DNA of 64,000 nucleotides from Amphiscolops sp. MND2022. Taxonomy: Eukaryota. The notes beneath the pieces were generated by a model. That model saw only the letters and a list, made by a program, of their open reading frames with translations, searched no databases and was not told the origin of the DNA. Shown in pieces: positions 25,531-38,970 of the stretch; position 1 is the first letter of the stretch; each line of letters starts with the position of its first letter. Both the position numbers and the translations under genes were made by a program. Location of the stretch: the NCBI GenBank assembly GCA_964187785.1, contig OZ076409.1, forward strand, positions 52,330,001 through 52,394,000. Reading direction: 5' to 3'.

Positions 25531-26725
25531 CAATATTCAATGTTTTGTTTTTCTTCAATGTTTTGTTGGCTATAATTGAAGACGTGTCGGATGCCTTGTT
25601 AACATCGGTGTTAACATCATCGATGAATTATAAGAATTTCAGAACTCCGTGTTAAAAAACTACAAAAAATTGGTTTCGTCTTGGTAAGCCTCGATTTGAT
25701 TTCTAATGTTTCATTATTTTTGTTACAGGGACCGTTTGTATAGATTTCCTGAATTATCAAGACAGGATACAGTGTCTAAAATCTACATGCGCGAGTCTTT
25801 TGTTTCTTGTAGGGTAGAATACTTTTTATTTTCCGCCTCCACAATTTATTGTGTAGAGGGAGGACAAATTCTGCCATATCGCCACTTTATTACTCCATTT
25901 AGTATGTGCATATTTTATATCACCGTGGCCCTGTTGGTAGCGCGTTCGCTTGCCACATCAGGGTCGCCAACCTGCCAAAAGCAAAAACATTTGGGCGAAG
26001 ACAGGATCGAACTCCCCGAGTTTTTGTCTTGCAACTGAGATTAGATTGAGTGAGCGAGAAACTGGCAGTACCACACTGAACAAAAAACCATGTGGAGAAA
26101 AACTTGAGAAAGTGTCTGATTCGCTATTAATAAAAACTTGATACGCTGCTCTTAATTAGGGGGGCAAAACAAGAAAAGTCGGTTCCTTGATGACGACTAG
26201 CAGTTTAAACTCATAGTTTTGGAAAATTCCCCAGAGAATGATTCCCAAAATTTGAAATGTTTCCGGAAATCTGCCTGAAAAATATTTAAAAATAGTTTCC
26301 GAAACTGGCTACTCTTGAAAATGGCTGCTTCTCAACGGTAAAAAACAATTTTAAAAAATATTGTTAGTCATTGTATTGTTACATCATTTTTATCAATCTC
26401 AGGCGAAAAATTCAAATTAAAAAATTTTAAAAAGATTCAATTAGCTTTTGTTAACTTCTTTTATAGCTTTCTTTTTTCATCCATATCAATCAACTTAGGT
26501 AGCAAAAGGAGACAGTTTTCCTGGAAGTTTACAGTTGAGCAGAAATTTGAACCCCTTTACCTATTATCTTTGATCGTGGGCGGTTGAGAAAATTTCAATT
26601 TTCCACTATGTCAAAAACTTGATACAGCTTGCTAATTCGTAAATCTAATAAAAATATCAAAAAATGAAAAACTTGTGCACAAAACTGTAAAAGTTAATTT
26701 GAAAATGAAATGCTAACTGTTTCAG

Positions 26726-26883
26726 GGACCTGAAGGTGATTATGAGGTACTGATAAACGAGATTATGATCACTTCAGCTCAGAAGTTTGTGGAAGTTCAA
26801 ATAAATCCGACATTACCTTTCAACACCCCCTTGTTGCAATCGGCAGAGTTCTGTTTCTTGGTTATCAATTCCAACAATACAAG
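26726..26883 (+). CDS. Exon 2 of the LTD-like repeat gene
   Basis: Acceptor tgctaactgtttcag with a branch-like ctaac, phase 0. Encodes GPEGDYEVLINEIMITSAQKFVEVQIN...FLVINSNNT. Donor AG|GTTAGA, phase 2. Confidence 0.8.
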
Positions 26884-27429
26884 GTTAGATTGCTCTAAAA
26901 AGTTAGCCTCTGTTTTTTGCAAATTTTTCTCAGACTCTGGCAAATTGAAAAGTTTCTGGACCAACTTATCGGTTACTTGGTTCAGCTATTTTGCACATTA
27001 ATCACACCATTAATCGACAGAAAGGGGTGACTTCGGCTTCGAATGATTATTTTTTGAACCAAAAGAGCAAAACTGGAGTCGATCTAAAGATTTTGTAGAA
27101 ACTTGGGTCTCTGAATGAACATTTCTTCGATAAAGAACCGGAACTTCGTGAAAGTATAGGAACCGATATTAGTTAAAAATTGCTTGACTTGGGCCCATGC
27201 TCTCCAAAAAACAGTCAATGTGTGGTCGAACGCTGTTTGCAAACTAGATTTAAGACAGTGTGAGAAAATAATTAATTTCACTATCGGTAACAACCTGCCA
27301 AAATATGCGAAATTGGCAACAACAAACATCCCGCCATAACATCGATAATCATCTGAATTTACAGTCTTCACGCATTCATTGCTTTTCACTTCTCAGTTCT
27401 GAGTGTCATTGTACTTCCTCTCTATAATA

Positions 27430-30400
27430 TGGCGCTGCGAACAGAAGAAAAAATCCAAATTCGCTCCTGCCAGGCCTTAGTTATTTTGGCAAGCAGCTAA
27501 AAAGCCTCCTAGCTACGATTGGGAGAAGTGCGATCAACTCTTGGAAGTTGCGGCATTACCCCGCGAATCAGTTTCGATGTCGGAAACATTAGCGAAGTTG
27601 ATCAGCAAAACCCGAGAGCGGCAGCCCTGATGGGGAACTTGGCGGAAATCCGAGCAACAAGAAAGATGATAAGTCTACTGTTTATATCAATAAGAAGCAC
27701 TGACCGAAAAACGTTATTGGACAAATTTTCAAAAATTAACATCCTACTGATTGATCTGAAAACATTTGTACAAAACTGTGCTGAATGCTTCCAAACCCGA
27801 AGAAACCGAACGTTGGATCAGCACATACTCCTTTCACGAAAGCAAAAACCTAACGAAACATTGCACCAGTTCCGGAATATCCTTAATGGATTAGCTGCGA
27901 GATGCGAATTTCGAAATCAAACGGATGGATTAGTACACGACATTGTTTGTATTGGATATGATAAACAAGCAGGTGTGAGGAAAACTCCGTACCGAATCAA
28001 AAGAAACGCCCACCCAAGCATTTCAATTTGCCATTGCATTTGAAGACGGCCTGAACAGACAAAAACCTTACTGCTACATTAATCAAGAGACTGAGGTAAA
28101 AGACTAACCGGTCTGTTCATTGAGTAGTACAAGTTCAAACACGAGAAATTGCTGCACGCGTGGGCAAGGAATGTTTACGCTTGAGCAATTGAAAAGAAGT
28201 AAAGCACCGGATGTCTCGTGCAATTACAGTGGAGCAAAAACCAGCTGAAGAAAGTCTGTAATCAAAGGAATAAAGACACTAACCAGAAAAGTGGCAAATC
28301 CAGAGGATTTGACAACAGAATACAACTCATGGATTCGGACGAATATGGCGAAGAAGATGATGAAGACTACATGGTACTGAACGTCGATGGAAGCAGAGAT
28401 GACACAAAGCCATATTACATGGAAGGCTTCAAAAACGGCAACTGCTTCAAAATAATGATAGATACAGGATCCCCTGTTACTATCTTGGCATAGGATGAGG
28501 CGAAAAGAATAATGAAAAGAGGCAAGCTGCACGTGCGAGAAATGATTGAAGGAGAATTATATGTAAAACTTCAACGGCAAACCACTACAATTGCTGGAAT
28601 ATGTGTTCTGTGAACTGCAGATGAACGACAGCTACGTCAAGGAGGCCAAGAGATTAACTGCGAAAATCGATTGCACAAAGTCAATAATTAGCAGGAGTGG
28701 TTATCGAAATCACGATACAAATTGGTCCGAGAAAGAGGGGAGTGGATTGTAACTTCAGTTCGAAAATAACAGGCCTAGAGACTATGCAAAAGGGTAAACG
28801 AATTTCCAAAATTGTTCAAAAGACAAGGGAAGGTAAAAAACCATCATGTGAGGTAAAATCTGAGACCAGATGCGAGAATAAAGCAACAGAAAGAATGAAT
28901 TCCCATCCATCTGCAAAAAGCTGTAGCTGGAGAGATAAACAGGTTGCTAAAGATGGGACATATAAAAAAAATCAGTGAAATAAAGGATAACGGTTTTATT
29001 CAGCCTACCGTAACAACAGTAAAGAAAAACCGCTTCGGGATAATAGCTCTAAAGGGAAGTGCGCTGAATCAAGCTTTAGACGAGGACAAGTACCGAATGC
29101 TAGATTTAGAAAACTTGTTAGATATGATGGCAGAAAAGTTAGAAACTGAAAAATGTGAAGCGTGGTTTTCATTAGTAGATATGACCTACGCATACGGCCA
29201 AGTCCCACGACATCAATTAACAGCCAAACAGTGTAATTCTCAAGTTTTCGGAAGCAAATTCACTGGAACGTACCGACTTTTAACGGGTTAATACAGTCTG
29301 TCAGTTAGGCCGACAGAATTTCAAAAAGTAAAGGACACTTTATTAGTAAGATTTAGAGAAGTTTCAGTGTTTGTAGATGAGATTTTAATAGTAACAAAGG
29401 GAACCAAGAAAGATCATTTAGACAAAGTGCGGGAAAATCTAAAAAAAAAACAGAAGACGCCAGATTACTATGCAGGGCGGGAAGGTGCAACTCTTGCATA
29501 CGAAAAAATCGAGTGACTAGGCTTCAAAATGACTAGCTAAGAAATTTCACTAGTAAATACAAAAGGGCAGAGCATAACAGAAAAACCGAGGCTAACAAGT
29601 TTGAAGGAATTAGGATCATTCTTAGGGTGGAAAATCATTTCAACAGGTTTATTCCCGACCTCGCTTTAGTTTGCTTTCCATCCAGATCTATTCCAAAGAA
29701 AGATGCAATGTGGAAGTGGACAGATGAACATGAAAAAGCCTTCAAAGAAAAAAATTAAGATGTCAAGAACATAACAGAGTAAGCGCATTTAAACACACTA
29801 AACCTTTGAGAATATTTGTGATGCGAGCAATCAAGGGGGTAGGCGCAGTATAACAACAGTGAGAAGACAACAAAAAGACTTGTGCTTTTCGATGTTACCA
29901 TTGTACAAACTCCTCGAAGAACGGTAGGATTGGCAGATTATCTATCAAGACACGCGTCTGAGTATGAAAGATAAGTAGCAAAAGCCTAAGACTTAATCAA
30001 GGATTGGTTCACAAAAAATGTGGTAGATGACGTTTCGTCGGAACTCAAACGATTGGCGAAAACGAACCAATCAATCAGAACGCACGAAGCTATAAATTGA
30101 AAACAAAAGTAAAATAACAGATTGTTGAGAATTCACGCGCCTATGCAAACAAAAATTACTTTTCATCAACCCGCTAAAACTAGCCAAAAGGCAAATATGG
30201 CAGAGAGCAATTATTTATCCAAATCGCGAATTAGTCCGGTCGATGTCAAGCAATTGCGGAAAATGACTCTGTTATCCAAAAAAGAGCAGTTTAGTTAAAA
30301 ACGAAACTACAGCAAGTATTGTCCGTCTTCCCTTTCCCTGGGAGAAAAGTTTCATTTCATTCCCGGTAGATTCTAATGTGTTATTGTACATGGATCACCG

Positions 30401-31439
30401 TTTGGTTATTTCAAACGACTTGAGAGATAACATGCTAACGGCTATTCATTTAGGAAGAAGAATTTTGTGAAAAAAGTGTATTGAACACAAAATATGCCCC
30501 GTGAGAAATCACAGTGGAAACGGAAACGTGGAAAGAATGATACGAACGATAAATGACAAACAAACATGGAAATTTTGATTTCAAAAGAAAGAATGGCAAT
30601 CCAGGTATACTATTTGCATTAAGAACGGAAAAAAGGCCGGATGGAAAATCGGCATTTGAACCGCAAATAGCTAGGCAACCCAATACGTTAAAGTCAAGAA
30701 TGATTGAAAGGTTTGTTTTAGATAAAGACCCACAAATTGAGATAGGAACTGTAGGTTTCCGCGAGGATGCGGATTCTACAATACTCGTTAGAGTAAAAGT
30801 AAGAGGGACAAAATTAGTGTGGCAACGATTGTAGGTGAGCCCAACCTTACAATTACAGTGCTACCAAAAACAGGGAAAAGTACAGTGCACTATAAGTGTG
30901 ATGTGGCAGCAGATGTAAACATGCAATTTTCTAGCAAATTGGCAAAAAGTAACAAAGTGACAAGTGAAGAAAAAAGATTTATGGCAAAATCAGAAAAGTC
31001 CGAAAATACTAGAACTGCCGCAGATCTAGAGATGGGGTTTTCACAATTCACGGGTCAAACATTGAAAAAAGTAATCTGGACAGCCAAGAGGGAACGAGGT
31101 GCAAAGTAGGAAGGAGCTGAGAAGATGATGATCAAGTCTGTGCCGATATATGGAGAAATTAATTGGGAAAAGAAGCCACTTGCCTCAACACGAACAACGA
31201 AGAAACCAGATAGACGGTGCAACCACGTTATGGTCACCAAAGTGAAACGTAGTCCATTAAAGACGATATGAGCCAGCCAAGTCTAATTGAGATTGCAAAT
31301 CCTATCTCAATTCCAATCTGATGTAAATAGTTTGAGCCAATTGTAACCCGAAGAACTGTAAACGGAGCGTGAAAATTTTACAGTAATCACCTTTGTAAGA
31401 GAGTACACTGTACTCTCGACCAAATTCAGTATTATCTGA
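27430..31439 (+). mobile_element. Highly decayed Ty3/Gypsy (Mag-like) element with most of the integrase deleted; LTRs not resolved
   Basis: PBS-like TGGCGCTGCGAACAG at 27430. Gag (RNRTLDQHILLSRKQKPNETLHQF), protease (MIDTGSPVT), RT (WFSLVDMTYAYGQVP, FVDEILIVTKG) and RNase H (ICDAS) remnants. Confidence 0.88.
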
Positions 31440-32250
31440 AACCAGCCGGGAACGGCCCAAGTCGGCGACATATTTAAGGCTCAAAAATAGCAAAAAGACT
31501 TCAAGGTGTCAAAGTGTTCTCTTCTAAAGCACCCGCGAGATAAAAATTGAAAAATATTCTTTCGAAACTTTTTATGAAGTCTCCGGTAAGTCGCATCGTG
31601 CCGAAAAATGTAAAATGGGGACCTTTTGGGATTTTTTGAACATTCTGTTGCAAAAAAAATTGAAGGGAGGACCCTTTGGAGACATTAAGAAAATTTGCGA
31701 AAAAAAGTCTCACAAAGCTGAAATTACATGCACAAAAAATTTGGTCAAGGGTGAGACTCGAACCCACGTCCTTGTGCTTGGCAGACATCAAAAAGTATCC
31801 TAATTAACCTCTATGGCAGTAGAAGTTACAAGTGTGGCAGTTAGTGGACGCAGCTTATAAAGCTTTTGAAATCTATCACTTCGTTGGTCTTAGTGAAAAA
31901 AACAAGCCCAAGTCAGAGCCATATCTAAGGCTCAAAAATAGCAAAAGGACTTCAAAGTGTCAAGTATTCTCTTCTACAGTACCAGCATGAGGAAAAAATT
32001 GAAAAAAAAAATTCGAATTTTTTTTCATTTTTTTGTCCCCGGGAAGTCGCATAGTGCCGAAAAATGTGAAAGGGGGCCTCAAAAAGCCTAATTAACCTCT
32101 ATCTCAAGTGCCAGTAGAAGTAGTGTTGCATTTAGTGTTAGTTCAAGTCAGCTTATAAAGCTTTAAAAATCTGTCACTCCATTGGTCTTAAAAAAAAGAA
32201 AAGTCACTGCTATAGTCTGCGTTTTTCTAGGAAAGGCGCCGACTAAAAAA
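31440..32250 (-). mobile_element. HINE family A dimer, an inverted counterpart of 21757-22791
   Basis: aaccagccgggaacggcccaagtcggcg at 31440, a second aacaagcccaagtc at 31901, and the terminus ctatagtctgcg...ggcgccgactaaaa at ~32245. A tRNA-like segment lies at 31742-31786. Confidence 0.85.
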
Positions 32251-33623
32251 AAGAATCAGTTTTGATTCGAGTCTTTGATCAGCTTTACTCGCATTTTGAG
32301 GCCTTTGTTGGTGAATCTTCGGAGTGATTGACCATTTGCTTCTCTTGATAGAATTTACCGCACACTGATTTTCATCCCATATTTTCCTATATTTTCCATT
32401 AATTTTTCAACCCAATTTTTCCATCCATGTGACGTAGATAATACATGTCAAATGATGCAAATTAAGCAATTTTTTCTTGTTTTTGTTATGACTGATACGT
32501 CGCTTGACATAACAAGATTGGCAATTAATCACTCAGATGTGTCAACTCAATGATGAACGGCTGTTCAACAGAGCTGCCTGTCAGAGGGCTAACGAAAAAT
32601 AGTTAATTTCTCTTCCTAACATAGTTTTTTTCAAAGAATTCAAAACAGTGGCTCATTATCAGGCTGAGCCAAAAGATTACCATGTACTTCTAAGAGTACC
32701 AAAGTTGGTTATCTGTCCTCATTTTTGGAATTTTTTCCAGTATCGTGGTTTTTCATGACATCACATTCGAATCATGAAAAATCATCCATTATCATGTCTA
32801 TGACGAACACCCAAGATTCATCCATGATGATTCATGACATGAAACTACCTGTTTTGTTTAACAAGTCTGCGATGTTTTATGCATTCGAGCTAAAACCATT
32901 CAGGAGCGTTCGAATGGAACCAATTTTGTTTACCAAAATCTTCACCGTCAATTTCATATAAAAAGTTTAATACTGTTGCAACAAATTGGAAACACAAAAT
33001 AACACTTATTATTGCCGATTATATTTAATTTACCATTTTCCGCTCATATTTCCAAATGGGAAAAAATATACTAAGTAAGCCGCGTTTTTTCCCAAAATTT
33101 GCAATGTTCGAAATTCAGTCCCGAATTACAATAGTTTCGTCCATAGTATGCAACTAGCATAAATTTAGTTTCGTGCGATATGTATTTGTAGAGATTTTTG
33201 AATTTTATATGTAGGACATAAATAGTTTAAAAATTTACCTCTTTTTCAAATTTTGAGGTCTTTGTTCATGCAACTTTAGTTTGCACCAAACTTCGAGAGA
33301 TTTGGTGGGTTAGAAGTTTCAAAACATTCATGACGAAGCAACTAGCAATGAAGTGCGCTTTTTCCATGCAGAACGCGCTTTCTGCTGTTCTTTGTTATAA
33401 AACTACCTTTAAAAGACCCCAAAACAGCAAAAATCCGATCTTTCTCAACTTTTGACAGTTTTATTGCAAGTCTATCAATTTCTTCAGAGATTTCCTTTAA
33501 AATTTGAGGAAAGAAAAACCTAAATTAGCAAGCAATTGTGTTTTTATTATTAAGTTTCAGTAGCAAGTTTTTTGTCGGACAACTCACAGAATGCTCAATA
33601 TTTTGGGCCAAGTTTGTTCACGC

Positions 33624-33696
33624 CGACGCTTGGCCTAGTGGTTAGGATGCGCGCTCGCCAAGTAGGAAACAATGGGTTCAAACCCTGGAAAAGACT
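33624..33696 (+). pseudogene. tRNA-derived (Gly-GCC-like) pseudogene or SINE head
   Basis: A-box TGGCCTAGTGG (33631) and B-box GGTTCAAACCC (33675) with tRNA-like spacing and a tcGCCaa loop; the acceptor stem does not pair. Confidence 0.5.
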
Positions 33697-35059
33697 AATG
33701 TGATAGTTTCTATCTCTCTTCTATTTGCGATCACTATTCTCTCGTATACTCTTCTATCTTCGGATAGGTGAGCGAGTCAACTTCTCATTTTCTGATCTTT
33801 TGCGAAAACCAACTGAGTTTTATGATCTATTCTCATCTCGAATGAATTTATAAAATCGCAATTTGATTATGGTTTTGAAGTGGGTATATACTGAGTCATG
33901 AACAAAGTCCGTGGTATTTCCTTTCATTGGCATTTGATTATGGTGATCTATAAATGTTTATGATTTGGAGTTCATTGCTTTATTTTAGGTATGACTTCTT
34001 GCATGACCCAAAGGAGTCATGACAACTAATGTCTTCCAATGTTTATAAATCTTTCATATTCGAAAGGTTTTTTTGACAATGTGCAACATTCCTCCGTCTC
34101 TTCAAAAGCTCCCCTTTGATTTTCCCATGGTTTGGACTTCGGAAAAGACAGGTTTTTCGAGGCCACATGGTGCTCTTTCGGATTTTTTTGAAATGTCTGA
34201 AATCAATGAAAGTCTTCTAAAAATTTCATTTTATAAACGTTATTTGAGTTTTTTGAGACTTTCTGTTTTTTATTCTTAAGCGGAGCATCTACTTGAGACG
34301 TTCCCGTCTTTTTAATGCAGAGCGTTAATGAGTTTGCCCTAAAGCAGGTTTTTCATGCTCCTTTTCGTTATATTTGAAAGCCGCAATTGTTTTAGCCAGG
34401 TTTTCTTATTACGTGTTTGTGAGTTACCTTTTCCCGGACAGCAGGGGGGGCTCGAACGTTTCCAACAAAATCTATTTTGAACACACCAAAAGTGCACTAT
34501 ATCTTTATTATTGATGTTTTGTCTGAACATTACCACGTTTTGCCATTAAGAAGACGATTTTACGATTTTGACCAGTATTAACTTATGTTTATTTTCAAAT
34601 CGAACTTTACTGGAAGAAATGTTTCATTCAACAATTTTACATCTCGCTTGTCGAAAGATTAAATTTATAAATGAAAGAGTGTGATGTGTTGGATATGGAT
34701 GACAAGGGGAAATGGCTTCGATGGAAAAGTATTAGGTTTCAAAAATGTTAACTAAATGATGAAGATGATAAGATAATTGTTCAGAAAAGGGTGTTTGATA
34801 GTCTTACTCTATTTACGGAACCTTCTAGCTAAATTCTTTTGTGGCTTTTGTTGCCCAAGAAGAAAAACTAGGATCTCATTCTATAAAACTGTTCGAACTC
34901 CTTGTCGATTCCCTGCTAGTTCTTGGAGATAACAAAATAAACTTCAGTTGTAATCATGAAGAATTGAAAATGTCACACAAAGAAATTGAACTTGGCATTT
35001 TTGATATGGCTTTCAATCACTCAAAGTTTTGAGTTAGTTTCATTTAGAGTTCACGACGT

Positions 35060-37640
35060 AGAGTTCACGGGCCGAGACTCTTCTTCGTTGACGTCTTCCT
35101 CATCGTTCAAAGTATCTTTAGGGTATTTTCAAGCATGAGCGAAGTTCTGCGTTCCGTTCTGCAATCACTGCTCTGACTTGGAGTTTTGTTGTCTTCTGAC
35201 AATTCTACTACTAAGGTATCATCGCCTTGAAGGTCTTCTGCAGTTGCGTCAGACTTCGATTCTCCTATTGTTGACAGTTCGAGAGCGTACAATTTATGAA
35301 GTGCCCGGGTATTGTCATGTCCTTGTTTTCTACCTCTAGCCGACTTTTCTCGTCTGACATTTTCCTTGTACAGTTTTTCAATGCTTCTTCTTTTCTATTT
35401 CGATCGAGGTGTGTCATCGTAGATTAGGACCAAAGCTCCTTCTGTTGCAGTTGTTTGTGACGTATATTGGCTGGTTGACGTTCTATTAGAAAACTCAAAT
35501 ACTCTGTTTTCCATATGTTCCAAATACTTCGCTGTAAGTGTGTCAAGTAATTCATTGTTTGATTGGCCTGCTTGTGTTCAAGGTCTTTCTCGATGTAATT
35601 GTCTCAGGTTTCTTCAAGGTGGGATAGGGTTGATAAGATTCGAGAAGTGACGATGTCTATGCTGTTGGTGATCTAGGTGTTGTTCGGTATTCGCATACGT
35701 TATGGGTCTTTTGATGTGTTGATTGTGGCTCCAGTATACTTCAGTATCGTGTTCTGTTCTGTTCTGTTCGTGTCAGTTAAGCCTTTCCGAGATTTTTTTT
35801 CAGTATGTTTTGACAATACCGAAATTTCGTACAATCCTTCCCACGCAGGTGATCTTCCACGAACGTGTATCTATTTGCAATGTAGCTTTGGATTGATCTG
35901 TGGCGGTGGAGTCAACAAAAATGTGTCTTTTATAGTCAATTCCAACAGCACTGAGTGATGGTTCTCAGTTGACGGGATAGCTTGGTTGCGCTGGTTAGTC
36001 TTGGTTTCTGTAACTTTTGCTGTCGATTGTACGGCAGTTGAAACACTTTCTGAAAATCGTTTGGGTGAAACATCTTTTTCCGGGTCTTCTAAACTGTTCT
36101 CAAGTGTATTAAAAATTGCCTAGTGTAAAGTTCTCTTATGGCAGTCTTCCACGATAAGTTTTGCCAAATGGTCCTGATCAAGCAGTATCGGCTATTTTTC
36201 TTCGAGTGATAGATCGTTGCCATTTTCCAAGCATCCTCGGCATCCAAGGATGTCATATTGATCCATGAAAAGTCCACGACTTCGGATGAGTTGGTTTTTT
36301 TCTAAGATGTAGCAGTCTCTTTGTTTCGACGTATAATAATAATTTTGTATCTGACGAATGATGTTGAAGAGTGCCGACCTTTCTTCCGTTCGAGCCAGAG
36401 GGTTAGGATTCATTTTTGACATTGTAGTTCCTATTGCTGCTGTGAGGTGTTTGTTTCAAGTTTATCAGGAAACGATTCATCCAGGCACGAGTATGAATCA
36501 GTTTTCTCAGTTTAGAATGGCGCGTCGTGTCAAATAATGTTTTGAATGTCTCGCGTGACGCTGCGGATTTGGTTGTTTTGAAGTTGCAGAGTGTTCCTGA
36601 GTGCCCAATCATCTCTTCTGCTAATTCACGTTGGTCTAAGTTGTCTTTACACAGGGCGTCGTCGGGTTTACACTGTATCACTGTGATTCTGTTACTGCGT
36701 TCAATGTGGTCTGTGTTGAGGGTTTCTTCTTGGCTATCATGTTTTGCACTATAGTGTCCTATCTTTTGAGTGTTTGTTTGGTCTTCACCATGTAATGCTC
36801 TCCATTGCGGTAGGCATCTGCTGCGTTTGCTAGAGCGAGCTATCCACAAACATGTCCAGGCGAATTTTCTCGGTATGTGTATTGGTATCACGAATGTTGT
36901 TGTAGTGGCTGAATCAGCGGCAACTGAATTCTTTTCTTCCCTACTTTGGTTTTAATAGTTTACTAGAACTTCGCCCCTTGCCCAACTTTCTTACCAAATA
37001 TCTTCGTAAATAGTTTGGCTTTGAGTGTTGCTGTGGCTAACCATCGAAAAGTGTCTGAAAATGTCGCAAACTGGCTGAAAGAGTTCCTTTTGTCCAAACT
37101 AATTGCTAGTGTTGGTTGAAGTGTTCCAGTGAGAACTGGTTTCTTTGTTGGTCGAAAGTAGATGTGGGTATCTCGCCTATGGGCAATTCCTTGCTCTCCC
37201 ATGTTTTTCATTATGTTTGAATGGTTCGAAGGCCATTCGCGAATGTTCATGTCGATTTTGCTTCCTTCGTTGACTGGTTCCACAAAAGGCTTGTCCTTCA
37301 CCTCTTTTTTTCTGAATCGGAAGGGCAGGCGTCCTTTCGGTTTACAAATTTCGGGTACAAAAATTGCTTTCAGGTGAACATTTCCTTCAATTGTTTTTAA
37401 CATGATGGGGCTAAGTTGTAAAATTTGTCTGCAGTGGCTTCCGATCCAAAGTGTATAACGATGATGTCATAATGAGGGTAGCTGAAGTCGCTGTGTTAAG
37501 CTACAGTTCAAGAGGTACCGAATATGAGTGTGATGAGTGAATTAATGTTGGCGTCAAACAATTCCGAGTGAGATTGGAAACTCAAAACAACTCCTTTAAG
37601 CGTTGGCATCTCTAGTTTCGGCAGAATTGCATATGTTTGT
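35060..37640 (-). mobile_element. Decayed, internally deleted BEL/Pao LTR retrotransposon
   Basis: Motifs typical of BEL/Pao pol: KAIFVPEICKP, HSKLRKLIHTRAWMNRF, GCRGCLEN...PILL..DHLAKLIVEDCH, SPAWEGLYE, IWNIWKTEYL and the terminal RALHKLYALEL. The RT core was not seen. Confidence 0.8.
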
Positions 37641-38759
37641 TGGAGGGTACCTTTTTATAAGTTCACTTGTCGAGAAAAGAATTATTGTAAATGAAAAATT
37701 GCGTTGTGTTGGGTATTGATAAAAAACGGGAAATGCGTTCGGTGGGAAAATAGTAGGTTTCAAATAATGTTAATCGAATGATAAAGATGATAAGGCCATC
37801 GTTCAAGAAAAACAATGGGTTTGACACTCTTACTCTTTCTTCGAAACCGTCCATTCAAATCCCTTGATGGCACTTGCTACCTAAGAAGAAATTTATTACT
37901 TACTTGAGAAAACTGTTGCAATTCTGGAGTCGTGAAGTTGTTGGAGATAAGAACGTATACTTCAATTGAAGAATGAATAGTTTAAATCAAAATAAATTAA
38001 ACTTCCCATGTTTGATTTGGCTTTAGAGAAACAGAGTCAGCTTTTGATCACTCACAATTGTGAGTTAATTTCATTTGCAGCTCACGACAGGATATTTATG
38101 TTCAGCATTTTTGCCAGAAACTTATTTGACGTTCTTTTGGCAATAAAATTTTGAATAAAATCCGTCGCGACATTTTTTGCAACTGTTAATGTTTCAGTTT
38201 CTAATTCAATTTTGTGAGTTGTGTTTTTTGGATTCCAAGTTCAACGGGAGCACTTAACTTTGACATGAACCATCAAAACACGATTGCAAGCTCAACGCAT
38301 GTCTTTTCGCATCTTAAACTGATCTATAGTCTTCGTTGAATCTTTTTGTGTTGAAATTTCCTAATCCTGATTTCAAAATGTGAATCTGTAACCGTTTCAT
38401 TAATATGCTACTCTCATTCTTGTACTCATTGCAATGTTTTTACGTCTGCCCAACAGTTTTCTCGAATTTTTTCTTCTTGGTTGTTTCCTGCAGAGACCAT
38501 GGTTTTGCGAAAAACGCATGGGCTTGGAAATTATAACCGACCTCAAAGATAGATTCTAGAAATTTTTGACGTGGAATTTCATGCTTTTTTTGTTTGATGT
38601 CTTAACTAAGCAAAATATTTGTTGGGAGGATATTTGAAAGAGATGAAATCTTTTGGAAATTCTTCTGAAGTTCTTTCGAAAGAATTTCTGTATCATCAAG
38701 AAATGCATTATATGTCAGGACCTCTGAAAGAGACTTTCTTTGTTTTTCGTATTAGTAGC

Positions 38760-38970
38760 TCTGGAATCAAATTTGGCTGTCTGAAAAACAGTTTTTAAAA
38801 ATTAGCGTGTTAGTAGCTCTTGCATGTTTGTATTAGTGTAATTCAGTGACATTTCTATATCTTCAAAGATGAGCTCTTTATTTTTCTAAAGTTTAATTTT
38901 CTAAAATAAAAATAAATAAATACGCTAATTTTTGAAAACTGTTTTTCAGACAGCCAAATTTGATTCCAGA
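38760..38970. repeat. 49-bp inverted repeat with a 113-bp spacer
   Basis: 38760-38808 is the reverse complement of 38922-38970 with one mismatch; the left arm is bracketed by the direct repeat ttagtagctct. Confidence 0.9.

Noticed and set aside
27200..27429. 5' LTR paired with a 3' LTR near 31370-32400
   Set aside because: No recognisable direct repeat between the two regions.
33624..33696. Functional tRNA gene
   Set aside because: The acceptor and anticodon stems do not pair; kept only as tRNA-derived.
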